Shown: positions 58,689 to 64,000 of the stretch, one piece after another
Layout: the number at the start of each line of letters is the position of its first letter
Position numbering within the stretch: position 1 is the stretch's first letter
Source of the DNA: Acidimicrobiia bacterium
Lineage (GTDB): Bacteria > Actinomycetota > Acidimicrobiia > Spongiisociales > ZC4RG35
DNA: 64,000 nt
NCBI GenBank assembly: GCA_965203555.1
Contig: CBDBCY010000001.1
Coordinates: 1-64,000 of the forward strand
Reading direction: 5' to 3'
Notes under the pieces: generated by a model
Told to the model about the DNA's origin: nothing
Seen by the model: only the letters and a program-made list of their open reading frames with translations
Databases searched by the model: none
Made by a program: the position numbers and the translations under genes

Positions 58689-59504
58689 ATGAACTTTAGC
58701 GAAGGGGGTGTGACAAGAGCCCCGCCACGGCTTTCCGATTTGGAGGTGGGTTTGGCGGCGGCTCAGGCGGGGGCCGAGGTGGTGGTTGCGGCTTTGAACA
58801 AGCCGACAGATGTCTTTTTCAAGGGTGACGCCGACCCGGTTACCGAGACCGATCATCGCTCCGAGCAGGCAATCCTGCGGGTTCTGGGACAGCACTGCCC
58901 CGAAGATCCGGTGGTGAGGGAAGAAAGCGGCGGAGGACTGCCGGACCGGGGACGGGTGTGGCTGGTGGATCCTATTGACGGCACCACTAATTTCATCCGC
59001 GGGTTCCCCTGGATGGGTGTGTCGGTGGCGCTGTGGGTCGATGACAGCCCGGCGGTGGGGGTGGTGGTGGACATCGCCAACGGCTACGAGTACACGGCGG
59101 TGGCCGGGGAGGGGGCGTGGTTGAACGGATCGCCGATCGGGGTGAGTCGGGTACAGGATCTGGGAGAAGCGCTGATCGTGACGGGCTTCCCCTACGACCG
59201 GAGTGAGCGTACCGAGATTTGCGACACTCGTTTCAGGCGGGTGCTGGCATCGGCACAGGGTATCCGGAGGCTGGGCGCGGCTTCGCTTGACCTGTGCATG
59301 GTGGCCTGCGGGAAACTGGACGGGTACTGGGAGGAGGATCTTTCGCCCTGGGATATGGGAGCGGGGGTGCTGATGGTCCTGGAAGCGGGCGGTAAGGTCA
59401 CTGACCGGTCCGGTCGTGCGGTAAAAGCCGGAACGCCGTTCGTGGTCGCCAGCAACGGCCTGATCCACAACCGGTTTCTCCAAACCCTTGGAGCAGCCTC
59501 CTGA
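58689..59504 (+). CDS. suhB: inositol monophosphatase family (SuhB-like) phosphatase
   Basis: WLVDPIDGTTNF, RRLGAASLDL, PWDMGAG; start may be GTG at 58710. Confidence 0.92.
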   Translation: MNFSEGGVTRAPPRLSDLEVGLAAAQAGAEVVVAALNKPTDVFFKGDADPVTETDHRSEQAILRVLGQHCPEDPVVREESGGGLPDRGRVWLVDPIDGTTNFIRGFPWMGVSVALWVDDSPAVGVVVDIANGYEYTAVAGEGAWLNGSPIGVSRVQDLGEALIVTGFPYDRSERTEICDTRFRRVLASAQGIRRLGAASLDLCMVACGKLDGYWEEDLSPWDMGAGVLMVLEAGGKVTDRSGRAVKAGTPFVVASNGLIHNRFLQTLGAAS

Positions 59505-60793
59505 TGCTTCATCGTCGTCTTCAGGAGCTGGAACGACGCGGCGCCAAGATCAGGGTGGGCCTGGTTGGCGCCGGACAGATGGGAGAGGGGCTGGCGGTGG
59601 TGTTGGAACAGATGTCGGGTATCGAGACCGCCGTGGTGGTGGACGCCAAGCCGGGCCGGGCGGTGCGGGCATTCGCATCGGCAGGAATACCTGCGTCCGA
59701 GGTGATGGAGACCGATGATCCCGACCATGCCCTGGCCGCCTTTTCCGATGGGCGGCGGGTGGCGACCTCCAACGTGGCGCTGGCCTGGTGTGAACCCATA
59801 GACATATCGGTGGAGGCGACCGGCGTTCCCGAGGTGGGCGCGGCGGTTGCCAAGGGCGCCATCGAAGCCCGAAAGCACGTTATGCAGATGAACGTGGAGA
59901 CCGACGCCACGGTGGGATACGCCCTGCGCCGCATGGCGGAGGAGGCAGGGGTGGTCTACACGCTGTCGGGAGGCGACGAGCCGGGGGCGATCATGGAGTT
60001 GTACGACTTCGCGACCACCCTGGGTCTGCAGGTGGTGAGCGCCGGGAAGGGCAAGAACAACCGGCTGGATCGGACCGCCACTGCGGACACGGTGGCCGAT
60101 CTCGCCCGAAAACGCCGAATGAACCCCAAGATGCTGGCCTCGTTCGTGGACGGCACCAAGACCATGGTGGAGATGACCTCGCTGGCCAACGGGATCGGCT
60201 TCGCGCCGGACATACGGGGCATGCACGGACCGCCGGTCACCGTCGAAACCATCGCCTCCACCTACATCCCCTCCGACCACGGCGGCGTGCTTTCCGGACC
60301 CGGCAGGGTGGACTACGGAAGGGGAATCGCTCCCGGAGTGTTCGTGGTGTTCACCACCGATCACCCCAAGCTCATCCGCGACCTGGGATACCTGTCCATG
60401 GGCCCGGGACCGTACTACGCCCTCTACCGTCCCTACCATCTGGCCAACATCGAGACTCCCATCTCCATGGTCCGGGCGGTGTTGGCCGAGGAGACGACGC
60501 TGGCCACCGACCGTCCTCCCACCGCCGAAACCGTGGCGTTCGCCAAGCGAAACCTGGCGGCTGGAGAGACAGTTGATGACCTGGGGGGGTACTGTGTATA
60601 CGGCATGATCGAAAAGGCCGAGCCAGCGGCCAGAGAACGCTTGCTACCTGTGGGTTTGGCACCGGGCGCAGTGGTGACTTCGCCGGTGAGAGCCGGGGAA
60701 CCCCTCACATACCATGACGTGGATCTGGACGAATCTTCGCACATAGTGTCGCTGCGGCGCCTTCAGGACTCACTTACCGGAGACTCACCATGA
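59504..60793 (+). CDS. NAD(P)H-dependent oxidoreductase with C-terminal SAF domain (homoserine dehydrogenase-like)
   Basis: GLVGAGQMG, NVETDATVG, GDEPG, SFVDGTK, YRPYHL, LLPVGLA. Confidence 0.88.
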   Translation: MLHRRLQELERRGAKIRVGLVGAGQMGEGLAVVLEQMSGIETAVVVDAKPGRAVRAFASAGIPASEVMETDDPDHALAAFSDGRRVATSNVALAWCEPIDISVEATGVPEVGAAVAKGAIEARKHVMQMNVETDATVGYALRRMAEEAGVVYTLSGGDEPGAIMELYDFATTLGLQVVSAGKGKNNRLDRTATADTVADLARKRRMNPKMLASFVDGTKTMVEMTSLANGIGFAPDIRGMHGPPVTVETIASTYIPSDHGGVLSGPGRVDYGRGIAPGVFVVFTTDHPKLIRDLGYLSMGPGPYYALYRPYHLANIETPISMVRAVLAEETTLATDRPPTAETVAFAKRNLAAGETVDDLGGYCVYGMIEKAEPAARERLLPVGLAPGAVVTSPVRAGEPLTYHDVDLDESSHIVSLRRLQDSLTGDSP

Positions 60794-62484
60794 TTGAACG
60801 AAACGGCATCGGCGCTTCCCCCGGAATCGCCATCGGGCCTGTCTATCTGCATTCGTCAACGCTTCCCGATGTCACCGTGCGTCGCGTGGAGGACACCGAC
60901 GCAGAGCTCGAGAAGTTGACCCTCGGCGAAGCGAGGGTACAGGAGAGGCTGGAGGGGCTCCAGGAACTTCACGGCGAGGACTCGGAGGAGGCGGAAGTCA
61001 TCGGGGCGCATCTGCTCCTGCTGGAAGACCCGGAGTTCACCGGTGAGATCCGCATGCTCATCGAAGATGATTCCCTGTGCGCCGAGGCGGCGACTTTGCA
61101 GGTTACCGAAGAGTCGGCGGCGATGCTGGAGTCCCTGGAGGACGAGTATCTGGCAGCCCGGGCCGCCGATGTTCGGGATGTGGGCACCCAGCTACTGAAG
61201 TCGGTCCTCGGGCTTCCCCTGGAGACCTGGGACCACCTGCAAGCCCCGTCTGTGCTGGTGGCGTCGGATTTCTTTCCTTCCGAGACCGCCACCATCCCGC
61301 CGGGGATGGCCCTGGGGTTGTGCACGGAGGAAGGCAGCGCCACCTCTCACATTGCGGTCTTTGCCCGAGGCATGGGGCTGCCTGCGGTGGTGGGAGTCGA
61401 CCTGCCGCCATTGGAGCCCGGAACCCGGGTGGCGTTCGACGGCGAGACCGGGCAGGTCTACATCGACCCTTCCCAGGAGGTGGTCGATCGGCTGCGAGGC
61501 CAACAGGAAGAGCAGCGGCGGACCAGAGAAGGCGCCGCCGAGCGAGCGCACGAACCGGCGGTAACCCGGGACGGGACACGGATAGAGGTCGCGGCCAACA
61601 TCGGGTCCGATGAGGACGCCGCCCGGGCCGTGGAGTTGGGCGCCGAGGGGGTGGGGTTGTTCCGGACCGAGTTCCTGTTCCTTGACAGGACCCGCCCCAT
61701 CTCCGAGGAGGAACAGTACGAGGCGTACCGGTCGGTGCTCTCCACTTTCGGACACCACTTGGTGGTGGTGCGCACCCTGGATGTGGGGGGAGACAAGCAG
61801 GTCCCCGGCATCGAGATAGGTGAGGAACTCAATCCTTTCCTGGGCCTGCGGGGCATCCGGCTCACCCTGGCCCGCCCCGAGATGATGCATGCCCAGTTGC
61901 GGGCGCTGCTGCGCGCCGGAAGCGCCGGCCGGTTGGGGATAATGGCGCCCATGGTGGCAACAAAAGCCGAACTGTCGGCGTTTCGGGCGGCGCTGGACGA
62001 AGCCGAACGTTCCCTGGTGGCTGACGGCTTGGATTATTCCACCGACTACCAGGTGGGGATCATGATCGAAGTTCCATCGGCCGCGCTGATCGCCGACCGC
62101 CTCGCACCCCACGTCGATTTCTTTTCGATCGGCACCAATGACCTCACCCAGTACACGCTGGCGGTGGATCGCACCAACCGTGAGGTCGCCGACCTGGCCG
62201 ACTCTTTCGATCCCGCCGTGCTGCGTCTCATCGCCGAGACCACCTCGGCGGCGAAGCCGCACCAACGCTGGGTGGGAGTGTGCGGAGCGATGGCCGGCGA
62301 TCCCCTGGCGGTTCCGGTGTTGATCGGGTTGGGAGTCACCGAGTTGTCGGTGGCCATTCCCTCGGTGCCCACCATCAAGGACAAGGTCCGGTCTCTGAGT
62401 ATGGAAGACTGTCGGGAGGTCGCCTCCCGCTGCCTGGAGGCCGTCGACGCGGCGCAGGCGCGGCAACTCCTGAGCGAGGTGTGA
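60790..62484 (+). CDS. ptsI: PEP-protein phosphotransferase (PTS enzyme I)
   Basis: GSATSHIAV, GVGLFRTEFLF, NPFLGLRGIR, FSIGTNDLTQY. Confidence 0.96.
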   Translation: MIERNGIGASPGIAIGPVYLHSSTLPDVTVRRVEDTDAELEKLTLGEARVQERLEGLQELHGEDSEEAEVIGAHLLLLEDPEFTGEIRMLIEDDSLCAEAATLQVTEESAAMLESLEDEYLAARAADVRDVGTQLLKSVLGLPLETWDHLQAPSVLVASDFFPSETATIPPGMALGLCTEEGSATSHIAVFARGMGLPAVVGVDLPPLEPGTRVAFDGETGQVYIDPSQEVVDRLRGQQEEQRRTREGAAERAHEPAVTRDGTRIEVAANIGSDEDAARAVELGAEGVGLFRTEFLFLDRTRPISEEEQYEAYRSVLSTFGHHLVVVRTLDVGGDKQVPGIEIGEELNPFLGLRGIRLTLARPEMMHAQLRALLRAGSAGRLGIMAPMVATKAELSAFRAALDEAERSLVADGLDYSTDYQVGIMIEVPSAALIADRLAPHVDFFSIGTNDLTQYTLAVDRTNREVADLADSFDPAVLRLIAETTSAAKPHQRWVGVCGAMAGDPLAVPVLIGLGVTELSVAIPSVPTIKDKVRSLSMEDCREVASRCLEAVDAAQARQLLSEV

Positions 62485-62774
62485 GCAACTCTTCCGGCCC
62501 GGCCCGCCTGCAGGCCGTGGTCCGGGGACGGGTACAGGGAGTGGGTTTCCGATGGTGGGTCCTCAACCAGGCGCGAGAACTGAAGTTGGTGGGACGGGTC
62601 TCCAACCGGTCGGACGGAACGGTGCTGGTGATGGCGGAGGGAGACGGAAACCGATTGGAGGAACTGGCTGACCGCCTGCATCAAGGTCCTCGCCATGCGA
62701 GGGTCATCGGGGTGGAAACGGAATGGTCACCACCTCGAAATCGGTGGAGGCGCTTTGCGATAGACCACCATTAG
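62481..62774 (+). CDS. acyP: acylphosphatase
   Basis: VRGRVQGVGFR...GRVSNRSDGTV...GP. Confidence 0.93.
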   Translation: MSNSSGPARLQAVVRGRVQGVGFRWWVLNQARELKLVGRVSNRSDGTVLVMAEGDGNRLEELADRLHQGPRHARVIGVETEWSPPRNRWRRFAIDHH

Positions 62775-62812
62775 GCGTGTGTCGACAGAGATAACCGCCG
62801 CCGAGCGGGACA

Positions 62813-62918
62813 CATGCGACCAAGGCCGGACTCGACCCGTTTCGACAGACGAGTAGAGTAGGAAATGGGAGCAGTTTCCCCATGTGACGAGGGCGGACTC
62901 GACCTGTTTCGAGACACG
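62813..62918. repeat. two imperfect ~38-bp direct repeats, 68-bp period
   Basis: CATGCGACCAAGGCCGGACTCGACCCGTTTCGACAGACG and CATGTGACGAGGGCGGACTCGACCTGTTTCGAGACACG. Confidence 0.7.
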
Positions 62919-62940
62919 CCGGCGGCGAAAGAGCAGACCT

Positions 62941-63321
62941 ATGTTGGACACGACCGACCCTTGGCCTTCTCTGAGGGACGCCAAGAAAACCGCAACGGTC
63001 ATAGCGGCGCACGCACGCGATTTCTATGGGGACAACTTGGAAAGCGTGTGGCTGTACGGATCCCGCGCCCGTGGAGACCATCGACCCGATTCGGATCTGG
63101 ATGTGCTGCTGGTGAGACACTCCGAAAATCTCACCGATCCCATCGAACAGCACCGAGACCGGGTGGACGAGCCTTTCAAAGACATGCTGGAGGAACGCAT
63201 GGCCGGATACTCCGCTCTGTTCACACCGATACAGATCAACTCGGTGAGGCCTCAGCAGCTTCGGACCTGGGACACCATGTTCTTCCGCAGCGTCCGAAAA
63301 CACGCCATCAGAGTCCTGTGA
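62941..63321 (+). CDS. minimal nucleotidyltransferase (MNT antitoxin)
   Basis: LYGSRARGDHRPDSDLDVLLV. Confidence 0.9.
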   Translation: MLDTTDPWPSLRDAKKTATVIAAHARDFYGDNLESVWLYGSRARGDHRPDSDLDVLLVRHSENLTDPIEQHRDRVDEPFKDMLEERMAGYSALFTPIQINSVRPQQLRTWDTMFFRSVRKHAIRVL

Positions 63322-63722
63322 CCCACCTGGAGGAGGCCTTCGGATGGCTGGCCTATGCCGAGGACACCCTCCGGCACGCCGAGGACAACTTCGAGAGGGG
63401 AATCCACAACGTGGCCTTGACGTTGGCCTATTACTCTGTCTTCCGCGCCGCCAAGAGCATTCTGGCCTTCCTGAGGCAGGACGACCCCAGGACCCACTCC
63501 GGTCTCATCGGAAGATTCGGGGAACTGGCGGTCAGAGAATCCGATTTCCCGGCCCCTACCGCCAAGACGTTGGCCCGGCTCTTCGATCACCGGCTGAAAG
63601 CAGATTACGATCAGGCTTACCGGCACACCCTGACCCGGGAAGCAACAGCCCACCAGTTGGAAAGAGCCCGGGAGTTCGTGACGGAAGCGGCCGACTGGTT
63701 AGAGAGACGCCATCGGCCCTAG
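63318..63722 (+). CDS. HEPN-domain protein
   Basis: AYYSVFRAAK...RTHSGL...RLKADY; GTGA overlap with the MNT gene. Confidence 0.9.
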   Translation: MTHLEEAFGWLAYAEDTLRHAEDNFERGIHNVALTLAYYSVFRAAKSILAFLRQDDPRTHSGLIGRFGELAVRESDFPAPTAKTLARLFDHRLKADYDQAYRHTLTREATAHQLERAREFVTEAADWLERRHRP

Positions 63723-63737
63723 CGAGGTGATAGGGCC

Positions 63738-63995
63738 TCAGCCCTCCTCGGACAGCAGTGCCCTGAAATCGGCGATAACCTGCTCGGCGTCTTCGCCGTC
63801 CACCTCCACCTTGATGGTGGTTCCCTGGGTGGCGCCCAGTTTGAGGATGCCCAGAATGCTCTTGCCATTAACAGGCTTCTTATCGCCTGAGGTGACCGTG
63901 ATCTTGGAGGAGGAAGCCTTGGCGCGATTTACGAAAAATTTTGCCGGCCGGGCGTGGAGGCCCGTCGGGTTGGTGATGGTGATCTCTACCTGCAT
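63738..63995 (-). CDS. ptsH: HPr phosphocarrier protein
   Basis: NPTGLHARPA, NGKSILG. Confidence 0.96.
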   Translation of the reverse strand: MQVEITITNPTGLHARPAKFFVNRAKASSSKITVTSGDKKPVNGKSILGILKLGATQGTTIKVEVDGEDAEQVIADFRALLSEEG

Positions 63996-64000
63996 CTTCA

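Noticed and set aside
62813-62918. Mini CRISPR array
   Set aside because: Only two repeats with several mismatches and no cas genes in the window.
1-64000. tRNA, rRNA or riboswitch genes
   Set aside because: No cloverleaf or conserved RNA motif recognised by eye; a covariance-model scan would be needed to exclude them.

Overview
High-GC bacterial chromosome segment. Gene content and frequent leaderless TANNNT promoters suggest an Acidimicrobiia-like actinobacterium (inference). Core blocks are pnp-rpsO-ribF; a thiolase; a 10-gene catabolic operon (TRAP transporter with a doubled DctP, AtuA, DUF4387, a UGA-recoded UGSC-type selenoprotein and its partner, acyl-CoA dehydrogenase, SDR, BKACE) with a divergent P450; three tandem 339-aa DMT-like membrane paralogs; and a mannitol/polyol PTS cluster split by an island. 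Two accessory hotspots (about 10.3-16.7 kb and 49.5-58.7 kb) hold RloA/RloB, McrBC, a PLD nuclease, an IS1-like element and an IS1595-type MITE. Canonical toxin-antitoxin (TA) pairs lie at 10.3, 28.6 and 62.9 kb. Two observations stand out. First, an unannotated two-gene module, a ~100-aa helical MgtE-N-like protein followed by a ~85-aa BrnT/RelE-like protein, occurs five times, each copy with a -10-like hexamer 7 nt before a start or near-cognate start codon; it is a candidate new TA family. Second, both hotspots are built as serial cassettes bounded by diverged duplicates of the flanking gene ends, with no integrase in the window. No rRNA, tRNA or CRISPR array was seen. All family assignments are from motif recognition by eye, not database searches.
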